Made by a program: the position numbers and the translations under genes | Notes under the pieces: model-generated | Database searches by the model: none | Told to the model about the DNA's origin: nothing | Seen by the model: the letters and a program-made list of their open reading frames with translations, nothing else | Part shown: positions 10,990 through 20,033 of the stretch, piece after piece | Layout: the number at the start of each line of letters is the position of its first letter | Position numbering within the stretch: the first letter of the stretch is position 1 | Source: an uncultured bacterium | GTDB lineage: Bacteria; Deinococcota; Deinococci; Deinococcales; Trueperaceae | Length of the DNA: 61,785 bases | Direction of reading: 5' to 3' | Assembly (NCBI GenBank): GCA_964529575.1 | Contig: CAZGXF010000002.1 | Span: 1-61,785 of the forward strand

Positions 10990-11538
10990 GTGAAGGCGCG
11001 CGGGGTCGTCGTCACCGTCGTCGTGGTAGCCGCCCTCGGCGGGCTGTTCGCCTTCGGTCTCCTGCGCGGCGAGCCTGACAGGGACATCCCCTCGGCGCTC
11101 ATCGGCAGGCCGGCTCCGGCCTTCGAGCTGCCCCTCTACGAGCGCTACCGCGGCGAGTTCGGCGAGGTCCTGAGGTCGGATGAGCTGGAGGGCAGGCCGC
11201 TGGTCGTGAACTTCTGGGCCTCGTGGTGCGCCCCCTGCTACGACGAGGCGCCGGTGCTGCAGGCCTACTGGCAGGAGTACCAGGACACCGACGTGGTGTT
11301 CGTGGGCGTCCAGACTCAGGACCGCGGCAAGCGCGCCGAGGGCCGCGCCTTCATCGACCAGTTCGGGCTCTCGTTCCCCAACGTCATCGACGACGACAGC
11401 TCGGTCAGCGTGGACTGGGGCCTCTTCGGCGTGCCCGAGACGTTCTTCGTGGCCCGTGACGGCACCGTGCTGGACAAGCACATCGGCCCGGTCACGCCCG
11501 AGGTCATGGAGCGCCAGCTGGCGGCGCTGCTCCGGTGA
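10990..11538 (+). CDS. ccmG: thiol:disulfide oxidoreductase CcmG/DsbE (TlpA family)
   Basis: GTG 10990 lies 2 nt after the ccmF stop. The protein has a membrane anchor, the thioredoxin motif WASWCAPC and GVPETF. Confidence 0.9.
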   Translation: MKARGVVVTVVVVAALGGLFAFGLLRGEPDRDIPSALIGRPAPAFELPLYERYRGEFGEVLRSDELEGRPLVVNFWASWCAPCYDEAPVLQAYWQEYQDTDVVFVGVQTQDRGKRAEGRAFIDQFGLSFPNVIDDDSSVSVDWGLFGVPETFFVARDGTVLDKHIGPVTPEVMERQLAALLR

Positions 11539-11981
11539 AGAGGCACCTGACCGCGGCGCTGACCGCAGTGCTCGTGCTCGGCGGCGCCTTCGCCCAGGCG
11601 GTGCAGCTCGACTCGCGCGTCTTCGACATCGCCAGGCAGCTCCGCTGCCCCGTCTGCACCTCCGAGAGCGTCGCCGACTCCAGCGTCGAGCTGGCGCAGC
11701 AGATGCGCCAGATCATCAAGGAGCAGCTCGAGGCGGGCCGGAGCGAGGACGAGATCCTGTCGTACTTCCAGGCCCGCTACGGCGACTGGATCCTGCTCGA
11801 CCCGCCCAAGCGCGGGCTGCACCTCGTCGTGTGGGTGCTGCCCGTGGCGGGCGCCGTGGCGGGCGTCGCGGCGCTGGCCGTGCTGGGCAGGCGCTGGGTG
11901 ACCCGCTCCCGCGAGCCGGTCGAGGTGGACCCGGCCGACGTGGCGCGCGTGAGGGCCGAGCTCGAGGGGCGGCCCGAGTGA
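11535..11981 (+). CDS. ccmH: cytochrome c maturation protein CcmH
   Basis: The GTG start overlaps the ccmG stop. The protein has a signal peptide, the LRCPVCTSES CxxC motif and a C-terminal TM helix. Confidence 0.88.
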   Translation: MKRHLTAALTAVLVLGGAFAQAVQLDSRVFDIARQLRCPVCTSESVADSSVELAQQMRQIIKEQLEAGRSEDEILSYFQARYGDWILLDPPKRGLHLVVWVLPVAGAVAGVAALAVLGRRWVTRSREPVEVDPADVARVRAELEGRPE

Positions 11982-13582
11982 TCACGTTCGTGGTCGTGGC
12001 GCTGCTGGCGCTGCTCGCCTTCGCCTACGTCGCCCTCCCCCTCCTCTCCCCGGACCACGCCGACCCGCTGCCGGACGACGCCGACCCGGTCCTGGCCGGG
12101 CTGCAGGAGGAGAAGACCGCGCTCCTGCGCGCCATCGCCGAGCTCGACCTGCGGCAGGACCTGGCCGCCGAGCGCCGCGAGCAGCTCAGGCGCCGCTACG
12201 AGGCCAAGGCCGCCGCCGCCATCAAGGCCATCGACGCCAGGCAGGCGGAGCTGGCGGCTCGGGGGCGGCGGGCGGGCGCGCCGGCGGGCGGCGCGGCCGC
12301 TGCCGCTGCTCAGGCTGCCGGGAGCGAGGCACCGGGGTCCGCCGCGCACGTGGTCGACGGCGAGGCCCCTGCCGCGCCCGGCCCGGCGCGGCGCCGGCGC
12401 GCCCCGGTGGCCGCCATCGCCCTGCTGGGCCTGGGCGTCCTCGCGGCGGCGTTCCTGCCCTCCTACGTCCTGCCGCGCGTGGGCGTCGACGCGACCGTCA
12501 CGACCACCGACGTCGAGGCGGCGCGCCAGATCCGCGACCTGCGGCGCGCGGCCGACCGCGAGCCCTCGGCCGCGAACCTGATGGCGCTCGGCGACGCCTA
12601 CCTGGCCGTCGGCCAGGTGGAGGACGCCCAGGCCGCCTTCGCGCGCGCGGCCGAGGCGGACGACGCCACGCTGCCGGTGTTCCAGCGCCTGGCGGTGTTG
12701 GCCCTCCAGACCGACCTCGCCGAGTCGCAGGTCTGGCTGGAGCGGGCCGCCGCGGCCGCGCCGGGGGACGCCGAGACTCTCTTCCTCCTCTCGGAGGTGG
12801 CCTACGCGAACGGCGACATGCCCACGTCGGAGGCGGCGCTGCGGGAGTACGTGCGGGTCCTCGGCGGCGCCCCGAACGAGGCCGTGACCGCGCGCCTCGA
12901 GCTGTTCGAGCGCGTGGGCGAGCTCACCGCCGCCGCGGAGGCCGAGCCGACGCCGGAGAACCTGATGGCGCTCGCCGACCTCTACTGGCGCGGCGGCGAC
13001 CTGCGCGGCGCCACCTCCGCCTACCTGCGCGTCCTCACCGAGACCGGCACGCAGCCGCCCCTGGCGCTGTCGCGCATGGGCGAGACGATGCTGCGGTCCG
13101 GCGCGGCCGGGGACGCCGCCGCGCTGATCGAGCGGGCCGCCGCGGCGAGCGACGGCGTGGAGGGCCTGGAGCCGTCGGCGCAGCTCGCGCTGGGCGAGGC
13201 GTACGTGCGGCTGGGGCGCTTCGGCGAGGCCGTGGCGGTGCTGGAGGCCTACCAGGGCGACGACCCCGTGGCGGCCGAGCTGCTGGCCGCCGCTCGGGCC
13301 GGCGGGACGCCCGGTGACGCCGGCGGCCTGAGCGCCGTGGCGGACGAGAGCGGCCTGGGCGCGGCGGTGTTCGCCGCGAGCTGCGCCGAGTGCCACGGAC
13401 CGACCGGAGCGGGCGGCATGGGCGTGGCGCTGGCGGGCAACGCCCGCGCCGCCAACGAGGGCAACGTGCGCGACGCCGTGACGTTCGGGCGCGGCATGAT
13501 GCCGGGCTTCGGCGCCGTGCTGGACCCGGAGGAGCTCGACGCCGTGGTGGCGTACGTGGTCGAGGTCGTCTCCCGGCGATGA
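11978..13582 (+). CDS. CcmI-like TPR protein with a C-terminal mono-haem cytochrome c domain
   Basis: GTG 11978 is residue 175 of track ORF 11456 and overlaps the ccmH stop. The layout is TM, charged segment, TM, then Ala/Leu-rich TPR-like repeats. CAECH begins at 13382, with MMPGF downstream. Confidence 0.8.
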   Translation: MITFVVVALLALLAFAYVALPLLSPDHADPLPDDADPVLAGLQEEKTALLRAIAELDLRQDLAAERREQLRRRYEAKAAAAIKAIDARQAELAARGRRAGAPAGGAAAAAAQAAGSEAPGSAAHVVDGEAPAAPGPARRRRAPVAAIALLGLGVLAAAFLPSYVLPRVGVDATVTTTDVEAARQIRDLRRAADREPSAANLMALGDAYLAVGQVEDAQAAFARAAEADDATLPVFQRLAVLALQTDLAESQVWLERAAAAAPGDAETLFLLSEVAYANGDMPTSEAALREYVRVLGGAPNEAVTARLELFERVGELTAAAEAEPTPENLMALADLYWRGGDLRGATSAYLRVLTETGTQPPLALSRMGETMLRSGAAGDAAALIERAAAASDGVEGLEPSAQLALGEAYVRLGRFGEAVAVLEAYQGDDPVAAELLAAARAGGTPGDAGGLSAVADESGLGAAVFAASCAECHGPTGAGGMGVALAGNARAANEGNVRDAVTFGRGMMPGFGAVLDPEELDAVVAYVVEVVSRR

Positions 13583-14187
13583 ACGACGACGGTCGCGCGG
13601 GCCTCCCCGAAGGCGGCGACCGTGAGGGCGCCGGCGCCCCCGAGGACGCCGGCCGGCGCGAGCTCGTCAAGTGGCTGTGGCGCGCGCCCGTGCTGGCGGC
13701 GCTGGGCGGGGGCGCCTACGGGCTCTACCGGGCCGTGGACGTCCACTTCCTCAAGCGCCGCCCCGACCCCACGCCCGAGTTCGACGACGCCCCGCCCACC
13801 ACCGTGGCGCCCCTCGACGCCTTCGCGGCCCCGTGGGACGCGGTCGACTTCATGCTGGCCGCCACGCCTGCCGTGGCGATGCGCGTGCCCGCGCCGGTCC
13901 CGGGCGGCCTCACCGCCGGCGAAGCGCACCTCGTGGCCTTCAGCCGCGTGTGCACGCACCAGATGTGCCTGGCCACGCTCAACACCGACGTGAACGCCAT
14001 CAACTTCGGGTTCAACTACGACACGAGGACGCCGGCGATCACCTGCCCGTGCCACCTGAGCGTCTTCGACCCGCTGCGCGCCGGCCAGGCCGTGAGCGGC
14101 CCGGCGGTGCTGCCGCTGCCGCGAGCCCGTCTCGAGCTGCGGGACGGCGAGGTCGTCGCCACCGGGTGGGAGCGGGCGCAGGGCTGA
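13579..14187 (+). CDS. Rieske [2Fe-2S] domain protein
   Basis: ATG 13579 overlaps the upstream stop (ATGA). The N-terminus contains RR and one TM helix, followed by the cluster boxes CTHQMC and CPCH. Confidence 0.85.
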   Translation: MNDDGRAGLPEGGDREGAGAPEDAGRRELVKWLWRAPVLAALGGGAYGLYRAVDVHFLKRRPDPTPEFDDAPPTTVAPLDAFAAPWDAVDFMLAATPAVAMRVPAPVPGGLTAGEAHLVAFSRVCTHQMCLATLNTDVNAINFGFNYDTRTPAITCPCHLSVFDPLRAGQAVSGPAVLPLPRARLELRDGEVVATGWERAQG

Positions 14188-14238
14188 GGGCTCCTGACGG
14201 GCACGCCGGCGCCCCGGACGTAACATCGGGTCAGCACG

Positions 14239-14265
14239 CCGCGCGCCCCGGACCCGGGCGCGCGG
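14239..14265 (+). terminator. GC-rich hairpin downstream of the ccm operon
   Basis: A 10-bp stem (CCGCGCGCCC / GGGCGCGCGG) with a 7-nt loop lies about 50 nt after the Rieske stop. There is no U-tract. Confidence 0.45.
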
Positions 14266-14331
14266 GACCTCGAGCGCCCCGCCCCGGGGAGCTCGACAGT
14301 CAGCGCCCCTGGGCGCACGCGAGGAGCAGAG

Positions 14332-15450
14332 ATGAACCCGCTCAAGAGGCTGCAGGAGCACGGCCAGTCCGTCTACCTCGACGAGATCAGGCGCTCGTGG
14401 CTCGAGGACGGCACGCTGCAGGAGCTCATCGACCGCGACGGGCTCCGCGGCGTCACCTCGAACCCCGCCATCTTCAACAAGGCCATCGCCCAGTCGGGCG
14501 ACTACAAGGACGCCGTCGCCGCGCTCGCCGCTCGCGGCGCCACGGTCGAGGAGGCCTACGAGGAGCTCGTCGTGGAGGACATCCAGCGCGCCGCCGACCT
14601 GTTCCGGCCCACCTACGACGGCTCCGGGGGCAGGTACGGCTTCGTGTCGCTGGAGGTCTCCCCCGAGGTCGCCCACGACGAGGAGGCCACCTACGCCGAG
14701 GGCAAGCACCTGTGGCGGCGTCTGGCCCGGCCCAACGTCTTCATCAAGGTGCCGGCCACGCTGGCCGGCCTCGGCGCCATCAGGCGCCTGATCGCCGACG
14801 GCGTGAACGTTAACGTCACGCTCCTCTTCGGTCTCGAGCGCTACGAGCGCGTCATCGACGCCTACGTGACGGGGCTCGAGGAGCGCCAGGCGCGCGGCGA
14901 GAGCCTGCGGGGCGTGAACTCGGTGGCGAGCTTCTTCCTCAGCCGCTTCGACGTCCACGTGGACCCGCTACTCGACGCCTCGGGCACCGACCGAGCGAAG
15001 GCGCTGCGTGGTCAGGCGGCCATCGCCTACGCCAAGGTGGCCTACGAGGTCTTCTCGCGCCGCTTCGCCGCCGCCGACCCCCGCTGGGCCCCGCTCGCCG
15101 CGGCCGGCGCGCGCGTGCAGCGCCTCCTCTGGGCCTCCACCGGCACGAAGGACCCCAGCTACCCGGACACGAAGTACGTCGAGCCGCTCATCGGCCCCGA
15201 GACCATCAACACCATGCCGCTCGAGACGCTCGACGCCTACAGGGACCACGGCGACCCGGCCCCGCGCGTCACGAAGGGCCTGGCGGAGGCCAAGAGGGTG
15301 ATCGCCGACCTGAAGGGCCTGGGGATCGACCTGGAGGCGGTCGCCGACACGCTCGAGGCCGAGGGCGTCGAGAAGTTCGTGACACCCTTCCGCAGCCTGC
15401 TGAGGACGCTCGAGGGCGCGCTGCGCGAGGCGGTGGCCACGGGCGACTGA
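14332..15450 (+). CDS. tal: transaldolase
   Basis: 372 aa. The QSVYLDEIRRSWLEDGTL...GVTSNPAIF and FIKVPAT motifs are present. GGAG precedes the ATG. Confidence 0.93.
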   Translation: MNPLKRLQEHGQSVYLDEIRRSWLEDGTLQELIDRDGLRGVTSNPAIFNKAIAQSGDYKDAVAALAARGATVEEAYEELVVEDIQRAADLFRPTYDGSGGRYGFVSLEVSPEVAHDEEATYAEGKHLWRRLARPNVFIKVPATLAGLGAIRRLIADGVNVNVTLLFGLERYERVIDAYVTGLEERQARGESLRGVNSVASFFLSRFDVHVDPLLDASGTDRAKALRGQAAIAYAKVAYEVFSRRFAAADPRWAPLAAAGARVQRLLWASTGTKDPSYPDTKYVEPLIGPETINTMPLETLDAYRDHGDPAPRVTKGLAEAKRVIADLKGLGIDLEAVADTLEAEGVEKFVTPFRSLLRTLEGALREAVATGD

Positions 15451-15728
15451 CGCCGCCAGGCAGCCAAGGCGCGAGCTGAGAGGGTGACCGGCTCGACACG
15501 AAGGACCGGGCGGCCTCCCCCTCCAAGCCGCCCAGCGCCTTCCGACCGGGGATCGACGGGTTCCCCGGAGCGGGCGATGGCGCCCGGCGGTTGTCCGTGC
15601 CCTTCGCCCTGGCGAGAGGTTGCCACGCCGACCCCGACCGGAGCCCGACCGGCCATGGGTACGGTCGGGGTGACGGTAGAGGTGAGCCCGAACCGCTAGC
15701 CGCTCCCGCTTCGCCCGCGGGACCCGCC

Positions 15729-16493
15729 TCAGCCGGCCTGGCCGGCCCGCCGCTCGCCCCTGACCACGTGGCGCATCAGGAAGAAGTAGCCCACGACGCC
15801 GATGGCGGCGAACGAGAACCACTGGACGGCGTAGCCGAGGTGCGGGCCGAGGTCGAGCTCGGGCTCAGGCAGGGGGAGCGGCAGCTCGCCAGGGTGCGGG
15901 GGCGTCACGGCGGTCAGCTCCACGTAGGCGCGTACCAGGGGGTAGGGCATCTGGGGCTGCAGGCGGTCGACGTCGACGTAGAAGGTCTGGACCAGCTCCC
16001 CCTCGGCCGGGTCGCGGGGGCCGATCGTCCCCTCGCGCCGGCTGGTGGGCGCGCGCAGCCTGCCCGTCACCGTGACCTCCCCCTCCGGCGGCGGCGCCGC
16101 GGTCACCGGCACGCTGTCGTGCTGGTACGGGACCCAGCCGCGCTCGACCAGCACGGCGGAGCCGGCGAGGGCGCCGCTCGCCAGCACCAGCGGCGTGAGC
16201 ACCACGTAGCCGGGCTGCCCCTGGAGGCTGCGGCCGCGCACCAGGACCTCCTGGGCCGGGTCGAAGGTGCCCACCGCCGTCACGGGGCGGTGCTCGGGCA
16301 GCTCACCCGCGCCCAGGACCTCGCCGAGGGCCGCGGGCGCCAGCTGGACGCGCTCGGCGACCAGCTGCACGGTCTCGCGACGCTGCTCCAGGCGCCGCAG
16401 CTGCCAGAAGCCCAGGTTCACGAAGAGCACCACCAGCGCGAGCGCCAAGAGGTGCCCCGCGATCCAGCGCGGGCCGAGGAGCGGGTGGCGCAT
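15729..16493 (-). CDS. SURF1-family cytochrome oxidase assembly protein
   Basis: MRHPLLGPRWIAGHLLALALVVLFVNLGFWQLRRL plus a C-terminal TM helix; located next to ctaB/ctaA. Confidence 0.85.
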   Translation of the reverse strand: MRHPLLGPRWIAGHLLALALVVLFVNLGFWQLRRLEQRRETVQLVAERVQLAPAALGEVLGAGELPEHRPVTAVGTFDPAQEVLVRGRSLQGQPGYVVLTPLVLASGALAGSAVLVERGWVPYQHDSVPVTAAPPPEGEVTVTGRLRAPTSRREGTIGPRDPAEGELVQTFYVDVDRLQPQMPYPLVRAYVELTAVTPPHPGELPLPLPEPELDLGPHLGYAVQWFSFAAIGVVGYFFLMRHVVRGERRAGQAG

Positions 16494-16512
16494 CAGCGGC
16501 CGGCGGGGGTCA

Positions 16513-17415
16513 TCAGAACAGCGCGCGGTCCAGCGCCATCGTCAGGAACAGGAGCGCCAGGTAGGTCATCGAGTACTTGTAGAGCGGCAGCGCCGTGACC
16601 CTGTCCACGTTGGCGCCGGACTCGACGACCCTGAACACCGCCGCCACGCGCAGCGCCAGCACCACGTTCAGTGCCAGGGCGGCGACGAAGTAGGCGGCGC
16701 TGAACTCGTGCAGGAAGAACGGCAGCACGGTGAGGACCACCGTGAGCACCGTGTACATGATCATCTGCATGACGGTCGCCCGCTCGCCGATCACGGCCGG
16801 GGCCATGGGCACGCCAACGCTCGCGTACTGGTCCTTGACCATCAGGGCCAGCGCCCAGAAGTGCACGGGCGTCCACACGAAGACGACGGCGAAGAGGATC
16901 CAGGCGAGGAGGCTCAGGTGCCCGGTGACGGCCGCCCAGCCGACCAGCGGCGGGATGGCGCCGGCGGCCCCGCCGATGACGATGTTCTGCCACGTGGAGC
17001 GCTTGAGCCACATGGTGTACACGAGCACGTAGAACGCGATGCCGGCCCAGGACAGCAGGGCGGCCGTCACGTTGGTCGTGGCCCAGAGGACGACGAACGA
17101 CAGGACCGTGAGCGCGACGGCGAACACCAGGGCGTTGCGGGTGCTCACGACCCTCGTGACCGTCGGGCGCTTGGCGGTGCGCTTCATGCGCTCGTCGATG
17201 TCGGCGTCGTAGACCATGTTGAAGACGCCCGCCGCGCCGGCCGACATGTAGCCGCCCACGATCGTTCCCAGCAGCGCGAGCCAGCCCGGGAAGCCGCCCG
17301 CGGCGATGAACATGGCGCCCACCGTGGTCATCAGCAACAGGACGATGACCTTGGGCTTGGTCAGTACGAAGTAGTCGCGCCAGGTGGCCCTGCGCTCTGC
17401 GGAAACCTGCGTCAT
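16513..17415 (-). CDS. ctaB: protohaem IX farnesyltransferase (haem O synthase)
   Basis: A UbiA-family protein with the YDADIDERMKRTAKRP motif. ATG 17415 overlaps the ctaA stop (ATGA). Confidence 0.93.
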   Translation of the reverse strand: MTQVSAERRATWRDYFVLTKPKVIVLLLMTTVGAMFIAAGGFPGWLALLGTIVGGYMSAGAAGVFNMVYDADIDERMKRTAKRPTVTRVVSTRNALVFAVALTVLSFVVLWATTNVTAALLSWAGIAFYVLVYTMWLKRSTWQNIVIGGAAGAIPPLVGWAAVTGHLSLLAWILFAVVFVWTPVHFWALALMVKDQYASVGVPMAPAVIGERATVMQMIMYTVLTVVLTVLPFFLHEFSAAYFVAALALNVVLALRVAAVFRVVESGANVDRVTALPLYKYSMTYLALLFLTMALDRALF

Positions 17416-18431
17416 GCACCCTCCACGGCGGCACGGCTCCACAACGGGCCCGCGTCCTTCCGGACGTCACCACCGAGCATCATCACGGTCAGCGCCGAGA
17501 GCAGCGCGAAGGCGGCCACGGCGAGGAAGAGGTGGAGGAGCTGCAGGACGAAGGGTCCCAGCAGCGCCAGGTTGAACGTGCCCACCGCGAGCTGGGCCAG
17601 GTAGACGCCGAGGAGCGTCCGCGCGACCCCGCGCGCGGCGGGCACGGGCTTGAGCCACCACGCGAGGCCCAGGCCCACGAACAGGTAGGTGCCCACCGCG
17701 ACGGCGATCAGCGGGTGCAGGATGCGCAGCCTGATGAGCGGGTGGGAGGACGGGTCGAAGTCGGCCCTGAAGCCCTCGGCGAGGGACTCGGGCGGGAAGA
17801 TCGTGTTGCCCATGGCGGCGATGCCGCCGGTGAAGCTGAGGATGAGCGCCCCCACGACGCCCGTGAGCAGCACCGCCGCCAGCGGCAGCTGCGACGACGT
17901 CCGCAGCGGGTAGGCGGGCGCGGCGTCGCGAGCGAACGCCACGGTGGCGGCGAGAGCCCCGATGAGCAGGAGGCTGTTCACGAGGTGCCCCGCCACCCAG
18001 ACGCCGCGGGCCACGCTGGTGTTCTCGCCGGTGAGGCCGAGGAGGACCGTGGCGGCGCCGATCAACGCCTCGATCACGAGGAAGCCCATCGAAGCCGTGG
18101 CGAACGCCGCGAAGCCGCGCTTCTCGCGCCTGGCGCGCAGGGCCCGCACCAGCAGCCACACGCCGATGACGAGTACCGCGCCTGAGAGCAGGCGGTGGCT
18201 GAACTCGATCAGCGTCTCGACGGTCGGGTTCAAGGGCACGACGGTGCCGTTGCAGGTGGGCCAGTGGCTGCCGCAACCCGCGCCGGAGCCGGTGAGCCGC
18301 ACCACGGCGCCCTGCAGGATGACGACCGTGTTCGCTACGAGCGCGGTCCAGGCCAGCCTGAGGTCGAAGCGACCGGCCGCGACCCTGGCCCCGGAGGCGG
18401 GGTGCGAGCTGGCCGTCAACGTCTCTGTCAC
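17412..18431 (-). CDS. ctaA: haem A synthase (COX15/CtaA)
   Basis: An eight-TM protein with GSGAGCGSHWPTCNG and conserved His residues. The start is GTG with AGGAGAA upstream. Confidence 0.88.
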   Translation of the reverse strand: MTETLTASSHPASGARVAAGRFDLRLAWTALVANTVVILQGAVVRLTGSGAGCGSHWPTCNGTVVPLNPTVETLIEFSHRLLSGAVLVIGVWLLVRALRARREKRGFAAFATASMGFLVIEALIGAATVLLGLTGENTSVARGVWVAGHLVNSLLLIGALAATVAFARDAAPAYPLRTSSQLPLAAVLLTGVVGALILSFTGGIAAMGNTIFPPESLAEGFRADFDPSSHPLIRLRILHPLIAVAVGTYLFVGLGLAWWLKPVPAARGVARTLLGVYLAQLAVGTFNLALLGPFVLQLLHLFLAVAAFALLSALTVMMLGGDVRKDAGPLWSRAAVEGA

Positions 18432-18800
18432 GGGGTCCCTGCTTCTCCTTACGCGCCGCGCCGGCGGCGGACGGCCTGACAGCGCCGACCGCCCATCCTA
18501 CTCTTTCCAGTCGGCAGCATGTTGCGAGCCGCAGCCCGGCCCTACACGCCGCGCGGCGGCTCGCGCGCCCCGTCCGGGACGCGTCCCCGCGGGTGCCCGT
18601 ATGTGATTAAACCCCCATGGGGACGCACACGACGCTCTCACCGAACCTAGTGATGATTGTGCCGACCGGCGCAGGACGGGGCGCAGGGGCGTGCCCCTTG
18701 CCGGCTCCTCCGGAGACGCCGCGAAGCGGACTGACCGGAGCGTCAGGTTGTGGATGTTAGAGTCGTCACACCACAACGCGTGAATCGGTCGTCGGAGGAC

Positions 18801-19943
18801 ATGTTGATCAGCTTCCATCCCACCACACGTCAGCCGCTACGGCTCCTGGGGGCGTCGCTCCTAGCCGTGCTGTGCTTGGGCGGCGCCGCGGTCGCCCAGC
18901 AGGGCAACGACGGTCCGGACGTGGCCACTCTCATCAGCGACGGGCAGTTCTACCTGGAACGCGGCGACTGCTCCCTCGCGCAGTTCTACTTCCAAGAGGC
19001 CCTGCGGCTCGACGACGACAACGCCGACGCGCTGGTCGGCCGCGGTCGCGCCCTCGCCTGCCAGGGCTCGTACCCGGCGGCGATCGAGGCCTTCCAGGAA
19101 GCGCTGAGCGTGCAACCGAACCACCTGGATGCGCTGATCCACCTGGCGAACACCTACCAGTACCAGTACCAGGCCGACCCGTCGGCCTACAGCGGCCGGC
19201 TCGCCGACGCGCTCGACACCATCCAGCGCGCCGAGCAGGTGGCGGCGAGCGACGCCCGCGTGCAGAACACCAAGGGCCTGGTCCTCTACCAGCTGGGCGA
19301 CCTCCAGCAGGCCAGGACGACCCTCGAGCAGGCCGTGGCGCTGTCGAACACCTCGCAGACCCTCGACAACCCCGCCAAGAGCGTCGTGCAGGTGAACCTC
19401 GGCCGCGTCTACCGCGACCTGGGCGAGCTGGAGCTGGCGCAGCAGGCGTTCCGCCGCGCCGTCATCCTCGACCCCACCAGCGCCGTCGCCCACAACAACC
19501 TGGGCGACATCTCGTACCGCCTGGGCGACTGCGCCACCGCCGAGTACGAGCTGGCGCAGGCCGTGAACCTCGACGCCAGCAGCCTCTCGGCGGCCTCCAA
19601 CCTGGCCATCGTGCTGTTCGAGTGCGGCGACGTCCAGGCGAGCCTGCCGCGCCTCGAGCAGGCCGTGCAGATGGACGGCGCGGTGTTCCTGCCGCCGCTG
19701 TTCACCTACCTCGCCCGCGCCTACCTGGAGACCGGCCAGGTGGACGAGGCCATAAGGCGCGCGCAGCACGGCGCCCTGCTGGCCGAGCCCCCTAGCGCCG
19801 AGGCGTACTACTGGCTGGGCCAGTCGTACCAGCGTCGCGGCGGTCAGGGCGACTCGCAGCGCGCCCGCGACGCCTACCAGCGCGCGGTCGAGATCGACCC
19901 GAACTTCACCGCCGCCCAGGAGGCGCTCCGCACCCTGCAGTGA
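18801..19943 (+). CDS. secreted tetratricopeptide-repeat protein
   Basis: ATG 18801 is residue 18 of the track ORF and is directly preceded by GGAGGA. The signal peptide is LRLLGASLLAVLCLGGAAVAQQ. Multiple TPR units are present (AxxxFxxALxxDPNxxxA). Confidence 0.8.
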   Translation: MLISFHPTTRQPLRLLGASLLAVLCLGGAAVAQQGNDGPDVATLISDGQFYLERGDCSLAQFYFQEALRLDDDNADALVGRGRALACQGSYPAAIEAFQEALSVQPNHLDALIHLANTYQYQYQADPSAYSGRLADALDTIQRAEQVAASDARVQNTKGLVLYQLGDLQQARTTLEQAVALSNTSQTLDNPAKSVVQVNLGRVYRDLGELELAQQAFRRAVILDPTSAVAHNNLGDISYRLGDCATAEYELAQAVNLDASSLSAASNLAIVLFECGDVQASLPRLEQAVQMDGAVFLPPLFTYLARAYLETGQVDEAIRRAQHGALLAEPPSAEAYYWLGQSYQRRGGQGDSQRARDAYQRAVEIDPNFTAAQEALRTLQ

Positions 19944-20002
19944 GGGGACCGCGGCCTCAGCGGCCGCCGCGAACCGGCCTCGCACGAGGCACGACACGAC
20001 GC

Positions 20003-20033
20003 AGCGCCCGGCGGGCACCAGCCGCCGGGCGCT
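20003..20033 (+). terminator. hairpin terminator after the TPR gene
   Basis: A perfect 12-bp stem AGCGCCCGGCGG / CCGCCGGGCGCT with a 7-nt loop, followed by CGCCTCTCT. Confidence 0.6.

Noticed and set aside
15451-15500. An SRP (4.5S) RNA-like stretch GCCAGGCAGCCAAGGCGCGAGC just after tal.
   Set aside because: It cannot form the helix 8 GNAR tetraloop or symmetric loop (GCC-AA-GGC leaves a 2-nt loop), and the surrounding sequence lacks the closing helix.
15484-15699. A 71-aa ORF in the tal-SURF1 gap and a 106-aa ORF at 18498-18818 in the ctaA-TPR gap.
   Set aside because: The 15484-15699 ORF has frequent A/T at third codon positions, unlike genuine genes here. Neither ORF has an SD or a leaderless -10, and both translations are odd and Arg/Pro/Ser-rich.
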